This document shows, in pieces, positions 53,225 to 61,711 of a stretch of DNA of 64,000 nucleotides. The first letter of the stretch is position 1. Each line of letters opens with the position of its first letter. The stretch covers positions 1,571,293-1,635,292 of the forward strand of contig CAVQEQ010000004.1 in NCBI GenBank assembly GCA_963711565.1. The letters are read 5' to 3'. Both the position numbers and the translations under genes were made by a program. Below the pieces are notes generated by a model. That model had not been told where the DNA came from. It did no database searches and saw only the letters and a program-made list of their open reading frames with translations. The stretch is from an uncultured delta proteobacterium (lineage in GTDB: Bacteria > Desulfobacterota > Binatia > Binatales > Binataceae).

Positions 53225-53632
53225 ATGCCATCAGTGACAGGCGGCTGCGCGTGCGGCGCGGTCCGATACGAATGCTCGGCGGACCCGATTATGGCGGCCA
53301 ACTGCTATTGCACGGACTGTCAGCATTCGACGGGCACCGCGATGGCGTCGGTGATGCTGGTGCCAAAGGCGGCGTTCAAGCTCACGGGCGAGTTGAAGCA
53401 CTATGAAGTTACGGGTGATAGCGGGGGCAAGGTCAGCCGCGGATTTTGCCCAACCTGCGGCTCGCCGATTCTATCGCTGCTCCCCGCGATGGCGGACTTC
53501 GTCGCGTTGAAGGCGGGCAGCCTCGACGACCAGTCGCAGTTCAAGCCGATGATGCAGGTATTCATGAAGAGCGCGCCGCCATGGGCTCCGGTCCGCGACG
53601 ATCTGCCGAAGTTCGACAAGCAACCCGGCTGA
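53225..53632 (+). CDS. GFA/CENP-V family protein
   Basis: GGCACGAVRY, CYCTDCQ, RGFCPTCGS. GGAGG RBS upstream. Confidence 0.9.
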   Translation: MPSVTGGCACGAVRYECSADPIMAANCYCTDCQHSTGTAMASVMLVPKAAFKLTGELKHYEVTGDSGGKVSRGFCPTCGSPILSLLPAMADFVALKAGSLDDQSQFKPMMQVFMKSAPPWAPVRDDLPKFDKQPG

Positions 53633-53733
53633 ATTTCGTAGCCCAACTTATTCCTCGTTCCCAAGGAAATCCGGTTCGCGCTTTTCGACGAAGGCTCGTC
53701 GGGAATTGCAGTCGAACAAAACAAAACGTGCAT

Positions 53734-53761
53734 TGCTGAGGGTGACCCGGGCTGCTCAGCA
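53734..53761. terminator. hairpin downstream of tRNA-Ser / GFA gene
   Basis: TGCTGAG...CTCAGCA inverted repeat, followed on the minus strand by a T-rich tract. Confidence 0.45.
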
Positions 53762-53782
53762 CGATCTTCATCGCAGGCGCGC

Positions 53783-53872
53783 TGGCGGAGGGGGTGGGAT
53801 TCGAACCCACGAGGGACTTTCATCCCTGCCGGTTTTCAAGACCGGTGCCTTCAACCACTCGGCCACCCCTCC
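53783..53872 (-). tRNA. tRNA-Ser (TGA)
   Basis: Reverse complement GGAGGGGTGGCCGAGTGGTTGAAGGCACCGGTCT-TGA-AAACCGG...GGGTTCGAATCCCACCCCCTCCGCCA has a long variable arm and encoded CCA. Confidence 0.97.
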
Positions 53873-53905
53873 ATGCTTCCGCCGTTGCGGATTTTGCCCG
53901 CTTCG

Positions 53906-53935
53906 ATCCTAAAATCAGCGCGCGGGGTTTGTCTA
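53906..53935 (-). promoter_or_regulatory. candidate sigma70 promoter for tRNA-Ser
   Basis: Minus strand TAGACA-N18-TAGGAT just upstream of the tRNA 5' end. Confidence 0.45.
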
Positions 53936-53983
53936 CGGCTCGGCTATCCTGAGCCTTGAGCCAGCGCGAGTAAATCCCGTGGG

Positions 53984-54053
53984 CTCTCAAGGCAAAAGAG
54001 ATTCCGCCATATGGTCGCTAATCAGTTGCGTTGGCGATGGGAGCTGCGAGGCG
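53984..54053. repeat. 70-bp direct repeat copy 1 (duplicate of the efflux OMF gene 3' end)
   Basis: CTCTCAAGGCAAAAGAGATTCCGCCATATGGTCG...GGGAGCTGCGAGGCG matches 56607-56676 with 2 mismatches. Confidence 0.95.
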
Positions 54054-54263
54054 GGCGGCCGTCGGCACTGGGCTGGAGCAGCGAGCGAATCCATGCCGTC
54101 AGGTTGGCAGAGGATGAAATCGTGATCAATGTCGAGTCTGACGCCGTCACCATCGTCCGGGAGAGAGATTGGGGCGGAATGCGGAAGGTGTATCGGTGCC
54201 TAACGTGAATCTTACGACCACTGTGATTCCAACCGGGCGAATTCTTCTGCCACATCGCATCAG

Positions 54264-54833
54264 CTATTCATATACAGCCACATTGTGCCAGTCGTTGCGG
54301 TACTCAACATTGATATGCGCGGTCTTAGTTACCGCGCCTTCTGCTGCTACGACTACATCAAATCGGCATGTACCTTGATATCCATTAAGGTAACCAAGGT
54401 TCCTGCGGCTCGCATGAATTATCCAGCCCGGTTCGCTCTTTGAGAATTGAACAAGGTCAACATACTGAGATACACCAAATGGGATGTTCTTAGGTTCAAA
54501 GCTATAGCCAGCCCAAGAAAGCTGGTAGCTATCAGCCAACAGATTTTCCGAAACCGCCCTTCCGTCAGTCATTTTGTAGAGGCCGATGATGTAGGCGTAG
54601 CATCCCTTCGCCATCCGACGCTTATTGAAATTGCGGACGCGGAACCTGACCCACAGTTTGTCATTCGACTCGTCCTTGTTTTTGGGAGCGCCTTCGCAAT
54701 CGATCACGAGCTTTGGTCCGAACAACCACTCATCGAAGAAGCGGCCAATAGTGTTCAGTAAGTATCCGACGATGACAAGGACAAGTGGACCGATCCACGC
54801 GGGAAGAACGAAAGATGGGGCTGGCGCAGGCAT
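54264..54833 (-). CDS. hypothetical protein, N-terminal TM helix + beta-rich domain
   Basis: WIGPLVLVIVGYLL hydrophobic stretch, then PKLVI...VRFRVRN... beta-strand pattern. Lower GC; ORF extends to 54899. Confidence 0.65.
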   Translation of the reverse strand: MPAPAPSFVLPAWIGPLVLVIVGYLLNTIGRFFDEWLFGPKLVIDCEGAPKNKDESNDKLWVRFRVRNFNKRRMAKGCYAYIIGLYKMTDGRAVSENLLADSYQLSWAGYSFEPKNIPFGVSQYVDLVQFSKSEPGWIIHASRRNLGYLNGYQGTCRFDVVVAAEGAVTKTAHINVEYRNDWHNVAVYE

Positions 54834-55019
54834 CCGGCTGTGCTTACCACACGTCGCCCACAGAAGGCTAGCAGCCACGCGCCTAGCACGGAATGCCACC
54901 AGTGCGCCGTTGTCGGTCGCGCGGGAGTCTGCTAACTCAGAGAGGTATGAACCTTCGACATGACGCTGCGCTCGCGCTGGTGGGATGGTACTGGATGGGT
55001 GCCAAGTAGGCGACCGTTT

Positions 55020-55739
55020 ATGTCACGACCCAAGATAGAAATAGTCGGTTCGCTTCGCCTAACAGATGAAGAAGGTCTGAGGTTTTCTTTACCATTTGGC
55101 GAACCACCTAAGGCTTTTTGGATGCAGGCCTTGGACGTGGGAAAATACAGCGGCGAAACATATCCGGAGTCGCCAAAGATTGAATCATTCCAACATATAC
55201 CCGGTCCGCAGCGTATGGCTGCCTTCAATGCGGCAAAAGAGCAATCCGAGCGAGATCGAGAAGCATATTTTCGATCAGTATTTTCAGGTCCAGAGTACAA
55301 AGAGGCGGCCCGAGATTTTCTTGACCGGCAGATGCGCGAACCGCAATTGTTCGATGAAGGAGGCGCCTTTTGGGCATACCGCGGAAATGTAGTTCGTCTT
55401 GATACGAAGGAGCCTCAAGAGGCGCGCATTAAGGATAGAGAAGCTCTACTGATAAAGCATCATGTTCTGCAAAAGGATAGGCACTATGAGAAGGTCCGCC
55501 GCGAGGTAGCGGCGCTTGAAAATATGGAAAAGTTGGAGGGCGTGTCTCGCGCGCCGATTCCCGATAGGGTCCGCCTCTTCGTCTGGCAACGCGACAAGGG
55601 CCAATGCGTCAAATGCGGTTCACGAGAAAAACTGGAGTTCGACCACATCATCCCGGTTACGGCGGGCGGAAGTAATACCGAACGCAACGTTCAACTCTTG
55701 TGCGAAACGTGCAATCGATCTAAGGGGGCTATGATTTGA
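55020..55739 (+). CDS. HNH endonuclease with unknown N-terminal domain
   Basis: VWQRDKGQCVKCGS...EFDHIIPVTAGGSNTERNVQLLCETCNRSKG. Start may be 54960. Confidence 0.92.
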   Translation: MSRPKIEIVGSLRLTDEEGLRFSLPFGEPPKAFWMQALDVGKYSGETYPESPKIESFQHIPGPQRMAAFNAAKEQSERDREAYFRSVFSGPEYKEAARDFLDRQMREPQLFDEGGAFWAYRGNVVRLDTKEPQEARIKDREALLIKHHVLQKDRHYEKVRREVAALENMEKLEGVSRAPIPDRVRLFVWQRDKGQCVKCGSREKLEFDHIIPVTAGGSNTERNVQLLCETCNRSKGAMI

Positions 55740-56269
55740 TGACACGAGAAGACAGGCTCCGCGACGTTCTACAACTTTGCGCTTCTTTTGCGCGGAACCT
55801 TGCATGCTACCGCATTGGATGGAACGAGGAACACCAGCACCTTCTCAGCTTCGACAACGATGATGTTTGGCGGGTAGTAAACAACAATTGCCTTGACATC
55901 GGCGTATTGGAATGGTGCAAACTCTTTGGAGACAAGACAGGAGAGTACTATTGGGGAAACGTCGTCACCAATCCTGTAGGGTTCAAAGCAGACCTATTGC
56001 TTCATCTTGGGTTGGATGAAGAGGCGTTTAATCAGCAAGTTAACTCGATCCGCACATATCGCGACAAGTGGGTCGCTCACTGGGACTTGAATCGCATACC
56101 AGTTGCTTCAACTCTCGAAGTTCCGAACCAGGCCGTCTGGTTTTACCAGCCCTACATCAGGAAACACGAGCTACTTGGCATAACCTGGGACATTGATAGT
56201 GCTTACGAACATTTCGAGCGCATGGCCCACGCGGTCTATCGGACTGCTGCTAGCAAGCCATCCCTCTGA
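55739..56269 (+). CDS. HEPN-like (AbiU2-like) putative RNase
   Basis: All-helical-looking protein with VLEWCKLFGD and an R-x5-H motif (RDKWVAH). ATG overlaps the HNH stop (TGATG) with AAGGGGG RBS. Confidence 0.6.
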   Translation: MTREDRLRDVLQLCASFARNLACYRIGWNEEHQHLLSFDNDDVWRVVNNNCLDIGVLEWCKLFGDKTGEYYWGNVVTNPVGFKADLLLHLGLDEEAFNQQVNSIRTYRDKWVAHWDLNRIPVASTLEVPNQAVWFYQPYIRKHELLGITWDIDSAYEHFERMAHAVYRTAASKPSL

Positions 56270-56606
56270 TCTCGCCTTGGCGGGTGAGAAGCGTCGGGCG
56301 GGGCGGGGGCGCCCGCGCCGGTAGCCCCGGTGGCTACAACCAGCCCGGAGCTGTGGCGCGGTGGGTGTTTCGAGGCGACCGGGGAGCCGCTTCAGGCTTG
56401 GCGGACGGGCGGGCGAGCCACGGACGGCTGGATTTTCGCGACCCTCCGCCTTAGAACCGCACGGCGCGTGAGGATTCAGCGAAAACGGACGGGCGGACGG
56501 CCACTTCCACCTCTATCTTTTAAACGAGGACGGTCTATTTTCAGGTGTATATCAATTTGTAAATGTAACTCCCGGATACGTGCCGATATAGGCCAATAGA
56601 GAGTGC

Positions 56607-56676
56607 CTCTCAAGGCAAAAGAGATTCCGCCATATGGTCGGTAGTCAGTTGCGTTGGCGATGGGAGCTGCGAGGCG
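56607..56676. repeat. 70-bp direct repeat copy 2 (3' end and stop codon of efflux OMF gene)
   Basis: See copy 1; 68/70 identical. Confidence 0.95.
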
Positions 56677-58115
56677 TTCCAACCTCCGCCGAGCGCATCT
56701 ATTAACCCGCTGCTGGCCGTCATCTGTTCGATTCGAAGAGTTACGGCTATTTCCTGATTGGCTAGCAATGCAGTCTGCGCGACGATCACATCAAGGTAAG
56801 GATCGAGTCCTAATTTATAGCGATAGACGGCGAGTGTGAGAGTCCTTTGCGCCGACGTGACCGCCGCGTCCTGCTGGTGAATCTCCACCGACAGAATCCG
56901 CAACGCCGCGAGATTGTCTTCAACTTGCTGAAAGGCCGTCAGCACCGTCTGCCGATAGTTGGCAACTGTTTCCTCGTACTGCGCATTGAATTGCTCGACC
57001 GTGGCGCGGCGCAAGCCTGCGTCGAAAATGGTTTCCGCGACCGTCGGGCCAACCGAGAAAAAGCGGCTCGGCCATGTGAACCAGCTCGCGAACATGACGG
57101 TCTCGAATCCCGCCGCGGCGCTTAAGGTGACCGTCGGAAAGTATGCCGCTCTCGCAATGCCAATCTGTGCGTTGGCCTGCGCGACCAGGCGCTCGGCGGC
57201 GGCGATGTCGGGACGCCGCTCGAGAAGCTGGGACGGAAAGCCGAAGGGAATTGCCGGAGGAGTTGATTTGAGCGTCTCGAACGGAATCGAGAACGTCGAC
57301 GCCGGTTGGCCCGTCAGCATCGCGATGGCATGTTCAAATTCCGCCCGCTGGATGCCGAGAGCGGTATCCTGCGCCTGCGTGGATTTGAGTTGAGTCTCGG
57401 CTTGCGACACGTCCTGCTCCGAGTCGATGCCGGTCTCGTACAGAGCCTTGGTCAGATCGAGTGAGACTTGAAAAGCGATCACCGTCGAATCCAGCAGCGC
57501 TTTGAGCGAATCCTGTCCGCGAAGCTGAAAGTAGTCCGTAGCCACATCGACCTGGACAGTGAGACGGCTGAGCTCGAGATCCGCCTCGCTGGCTTGTGCT
57601 CCATAGGCCGCCGATCTAACAGTCTCGCGGATACGGCCGAAGAAGTCCGGCTGCCAGGTAACGTCGAAAGGAAGAAGATAGTCGGTAAATGTAGGCGATG
57701 AGATGCCTCCCATCCCGCCGGGGGTTAGTGTGGACGACAGCCGCTCCCTCGTGAGCTCTGGGCTGGTCGTCAGTGTAGGGAAAAGCTGCGATCGAGCTTC
57801 CTTGACCAGGGCGCGCGCCGCAAAATAGTTTTCCGCAGCGGCTACGATGGTTTGGTTAGAGATATCAACCTTGTCTTCCAGCGCGTCTAGCTGAGGATCG
57901 TTGAAAATCTTCCACCACTTACCGCGAAGGACGGCATCCTTCGGCTGCGCCACCTTCCAACCGTCCGTAGTACTGAAATCGGCGGGCGTTAGCTCCTTAT
58001 ATTCAGTAGGCACTTCGGTGGACGGCACGTGGTACTTGGGACTGAGCAGGCATCCTGCGAGGAGGCACGCTACTATCGCCAGACAGCTAGTGGCTCTTAG
58101 ATGGTAAAACGTCAT
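56610..58115 (-). CDS. RND efflux outer-membrane lipoprotein (NodT/OprM/TolC family)
   Basis: Lipobox LLAGC, WWKIFNDPQL, LLERRPDIAAAER, AFQQVEDNL, ALGGGW. Confidence 0.93.
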   Translation of the reverse strand: MTFYHLRATSCLAIVACLLAGCLLSPKYHVPSTEVPTEYKELTPADFSTTDGWKVAQPKDAVLRGKWWKIFNDPQLDALEDKVDISNQTIVAAAENYFAARALVKEARSQLFPTLTTSPELTRERLSSTLTPGGMGGISSPTFTDYLLPFDVTWQPDFFGRIRETVRSAAYGAQASEADLELSRLTVQVDVATDYFQLRGQDSLKALLDSTVIAFQVSLDLTKALYETGIDSEQDVSQAETQLKSTQAQDTALGIQRAEFEHAIAMLTGQPASTFSIPFETLKSTPPAIPFGFPSQLLERRPDIAAAERLVAQANAQIGIARAAYFPTVTLSAAAGFETVMFASWFTWPSRFFSVGPTVAETIFDAGLRRATVEQFNAQYEETVANYRQTVLTAFQQVEDNLAALRILSVEIHQQDAAVTSAQRTLTLAVYRYKLGLDPYLDVIVAQTALLANQEIAVTLRIEQMTASSGLIDALGGGWNASQLPSPTQLTTDHMAESLLP

Positions 58116-58119
58116 AGTC

Positions 58120-59257
58120 CTATGCACTCGCTGATGGCTCCGCGGCGCTTGGAGCAGGTCCAGACTCACGACCAGGTAACCCGTGCCTCGCTTGCATCCG
58201 CAGCCGCAGCCGGTCGAACGCCAAATAAACGACCGGCGTTGTAAAGAGCGTGAGCAACTGACTCAAGATCAACCCACCGACAATCGTGATGCCGAGAGGC
58301 CGTCGGAGCTCATAGCCCATACCCGTTTCCAGCGCCAATGGCAGTGCGCCTAACAACGCGGCCGTCGTTGTCATGAGGATTGGACGGAAGCGCAACATGC
58401 ACGCTTCGAAAATCGCGTCGTAAGTGCTCTTTCCCTCCTCGCGCTCGGCCTGCAGAGCGAAATCGATCATCATGATTGCGTTCTTCTTGACGATTCCGAT
58501 CAGCAGCACAATGCCGATGATCGAGATGATGTTCAGATCCTCGTTGAAGAGCATCAAGGCGAGCATCGCGCCTACGCTCGCCGACGGCAGAGTAGAAATG
58601 ATCGTCAGTGGATGGACCAGGCTTTCATACAAGATGCCGAGAACGATGTAGACGGCCAGCAGCGCCGTCACAATCAGCAGAGGCTCAGTGCTCAGCGACT
58701 GCTGGTAGGCCTGCAGTGTGCCGGCATAAAAGCCCAGCAGCGTGGAAGGCGCGCCTAGCTTCTGTTCCATCTGGTTAATGCTCGAGGTGGCATCGCTCAA
58801 GGACACGTTCGGCGCGAGGTTAAAGGACACGGTGACCGACGGGAATAAGCCTGTATGGTTGATCGCCAGTGGTGTTGTATTGGTTTGGTGCTTGGCTACC
58901 GCTACCAGCGGGATGTTATTGCCGTTGGACGAAACAAAGTAAACGTCTTTCAATCCTTCCGGGCTTTGCCACCATTGCGGCGCAACTTCCAGCACCACGT
59001 AATATTGATTTGCCTGGGTGTAAATGATCGACGCTTCGGATTGGCCGAATGCGCTGTACAACCCCGAGTCCAGCGACTCTACGGTAAGGCCGAGCTCCGC
59101 CGCAGTGACGCGATCATAGTTCAACAACTCATCGAGACCGCCGTTCTGCTGGTCTGAACTTACGGCCTCCAGTTCGGGCAGGTGCTTCATCGCACCCAGC
59201 AGGACCGGTCCCCACTTGGCAAGCTCCTGTTCACTGTCGGATTGGATCGTGTACTGG
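58120..59257 (-). CDS. RND efflux permease (MdtB/MdtC-like), C-terminal third only, truncated at the junction
   Basis: LYESLVHPLTIISTLPSA, GIVKKNAIMMIDFAL, LRFRPILMTT, ELRRPLGITIVGGL, LTLFTTPVVY. Confidence 0.92.
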
Positions 59258-60672
59258 ATATCTTCTTCGCTAGGGTTCAAAAATTGATCAAATGGTATGA
59301 TATCATCATGACCAAGCTTCTCAGCTGCTTGATTATATAGAGCTTGAATCTCACCACTTAATCCTGGCTCAAATATCGGTTTGGTCCCATCTCTGGTTTT
59401 GGTCCCATCTTCGGTTTCGGTCCCATCTTTAGTTTCGGTCTCATCTTTAGTCGTACGAATTAGAGTGCTTTTTATAAAGCAATTCTTAATCGTCTGATCT
59501 AATATAGACGTTTTCCAAGCTTATGTAACCCAGAATAGAGTATAAGAGATATTCATCCGAAGATGTGGATCAAGACCTCGATCAAGAAAAGCAACCATCT
59601 AACGTAACCATTTCTTCCTATAATGGTGCTTCAAATTTTGGATGATTCCCTGATCTAGAGGTTGATAAATAGACGTTGCGTTTGCTGGGAAAAAAACGAC
59701 CTTAATATGTCTAGGTGGTGGGGTATTTTTAAGACCAGCAATATGCGGAGAGGCATTATCTAATAACAATATTGCCTTCTTATGTATAGGAATACGCCTA
59801 TAAAAAGCACGTAACCATTCTTCCATGATGTCTTGACGCATCCACGCCTTCTTATTATGACGCCAGACGCAGCCAAGAGCATGGAAATTAACTCCCCGGA
59901 GTGCACGAGGTGTTTTTGCCGTTCCAATTAACCATAAAGGCATTCGGTCTGATCCATCTGCGTTTGTTGTGACAACAAGAGATATTCTGGTCTTATCTTT
60001 TTTCTTTCCGGCAATTTGTTTATAAGAAAGACCCCCATTTGGCATCTGTCGCCAAAAGAGGCCCGTTTCGTCCATATTATAGATCTCAGATGGCTCATAT
60101 TGATCGCATATCGTACGAATTCCCTCTATTTGATCATGTATAGAAGATGGGACTGAAGCAGCTTCTCCATGGAAGGTATAATATCGAAGATTATACCGTT
60201 TTTTGAATCGAGTAAGCCAACCCTCAGAAAAAGCGGGTCTTTGTTATTGTTGATATTTAGGGATTTGAGACCAAAGCTCGTTTGCTTTTGTTTGGATTAA
60301 AGGGCCAGAGATCGGATATCCATTATCTATATGCCCTTTAACCCAATTAAATAGCCTCTGGTCTAAAATAGGCCAGAAAGACGAGGATATACGTGTCTCT
60401 GAGGGCCCAGGCCCCGAATCAAGGTAATCATATTGGGATGAAAGAATTCTTGAGACCGATACACGACTAATCTTATGGTCAAATTGGGACTGAAACCAAT
60501 CCACATAAGCAGATTGGGTCGGTTTTGGATTAGAATTAGACCAAAAGACTCGAAGAGCTTATTTGTGTGTATCTGATATACCTAATCGAGCACGTTTTGA
60601 TGGTGGTGGTATAGTAGGTTGGGTGGCCGGTCGGACGCATGGCAACGGAGGTAGGTCAGAGATTTCAGGCAT
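59258..60672 (-). pseudogene. DDE_1 transposase pseudogene with premature stops
   Basis: FSEGWLTRFKKR, YNMDETGLFW, LLLDNASPH, YQPLDQGII (34 residues between D2 and D3 by manual count). In-frame stops at about 60559, 60244, 59599 and 59521. Confidence 0.88.
59378..59449. repeat. 4 x 18-bp tandem repeat inside the transposase C-terminus
   Basis: Units like GTTTCGGTCCCATCTTTA, encoding TKDETE/TKDGTE/TEDGTK/TRDGTK on the minus strand. Confidence 0.85.
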
Positions 60673-61389
60673 TCTGATTGGTCGATATGGCTGACTAAGT
60701 GGATGACTCAGCAAAGATGGGAGGAAAAGGAGTGTACAAAGGTGAGTGTTCTAAAAGCGGGAGTTTAGTATGGGAAAATCAAGAAAAGTGGGTCCATCCA
60801 AGCGAATTATGTAACAAAAGCGGGAGTGTTCTAAGAGCGGGTGTACAATAGGTGAGAGTTGACTGTATATGGTGGTGGTGGTGGTTTGGTGATGCATTAC
60901 GGTCGCCTACGGTTGGTACCCCATCAAAAAAACTCTCTGATTTTGAACCCCTATAACCACCCTTTCTAATTGTTTAAATTACTTAAAAATAAAATGGAGG
61001 GTGGTTGAAATATGAATTAATAATATATTTAAATCTAAGCTTCGTATGAGCTAGGAATATATTTGTAATGCACTCGAATACTTTAAATGTAATGCACTAG
61101 GACCCACTTTTATTTCCCCAACATACTTAAGAAATCCACCCTAATTGTAATGCAGTGCATTATAATTACCCCTATGGGTTAGGTATGTCCGTGCCTGGAC
61201 TGACACGCGTATTTTTTTCCCCTCCTTCTCTCTCCTAATTGAGTACTTGGAGTATCCACAAGTGGGACCAGAACGCGTGGTTTCTGATGGGGTGAGACAC
61301 TCGCTTGTGGCTTACGTTAACTAACTTAACTAACGTATTTCACAGCCGGACGGGTCACCCTATGAGCGCGGTGTAGAGGTGGGTCAAGT

Positions 61390-61503
61390 AGGGGTGTCCA
61401 AACTTATGTGTCACTATCGTACTAAAAACCAAGCTAAGCATCTGTGACCCGCCCGACCATGAAATACGTTAGACTGGGTTACTCAGGGGTGTCCAAACTT
61501 ATG
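61390..61503. repeat. direct repeat AGGGGTGTCCAAACTTATG (2 copies), possible DNA-transposon end remnant
   Basis: Copies at about 61390-61408 and 61486-61503. Resembles Tc1/hAT-type terminal motifs. Confidence 0.45.
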
Positions 61504-61711
61504 AGCAGTATTTAGGGAAGCCCCCACCCACCCATATTTGTGTGTTTTCTCCGGGGGGCAGTCACTACAGCGATTGATGATTGTATACAGTGTTCCACCC
61601 CGCTGCAGCGATATACAATACGTTGCTTCGACGACATCTGAACGAACCCCCTCACCGTTGTAATTTCAATTCGTGACCAGCGCTTCTGTTTGATCGTTCT
61701 GAAGACGGCAG

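Larger units (their letters stand above)
53984..56676. mobile_element. integrase-less genomic islet (~2.6 kb) bounded by 70-bp direct repeats
   Basis: Flanking direct repeats, visibly lower GC and different codon usage, orphan and nuclease cargo. Confidence 0.7.
59258..60865 (-). mobile_element. fungal pogo/Tigger-like (DDE_1, CENP-B-like) DNA transposon, 3' end missing
   Basis: Terminus TA|CAGTCAACTCTC at 60865 (minus strand) with subterminal repeated motifs (AAAAGCGGGAGT, GTGTTCTAA, GTGTACAA) at 60728-60865, plus a transposase ORF. Confidence 0.85.

Noticed and set aside
53783-53872. tRNA-Ser 3' end as integration site for the steroid cluster
   Set aside because: I found no duplicated tRNA 3' fragment or integrase in the window, and the cluster's composition matches the backbone.
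54198-54300. GCCTAAC as a possible integron attC R'' site for the islet genes
   Set aside because: No matching GTTRRRY or inverted-repeat stem at suitable distance, no integron integrase, and cargo genes are not co-oriented.
58120-59280. Complete 386-aa RND gene starting MNPSEEDI
   Set aside because: The first residues come from the fungal transposase across the junction; the pump is truncated.
59378-59449. Short repeats as a CRISPR array
   Set aside because: Contiguous 18-bp coding tandem repeats without spacers, and no cas genes.
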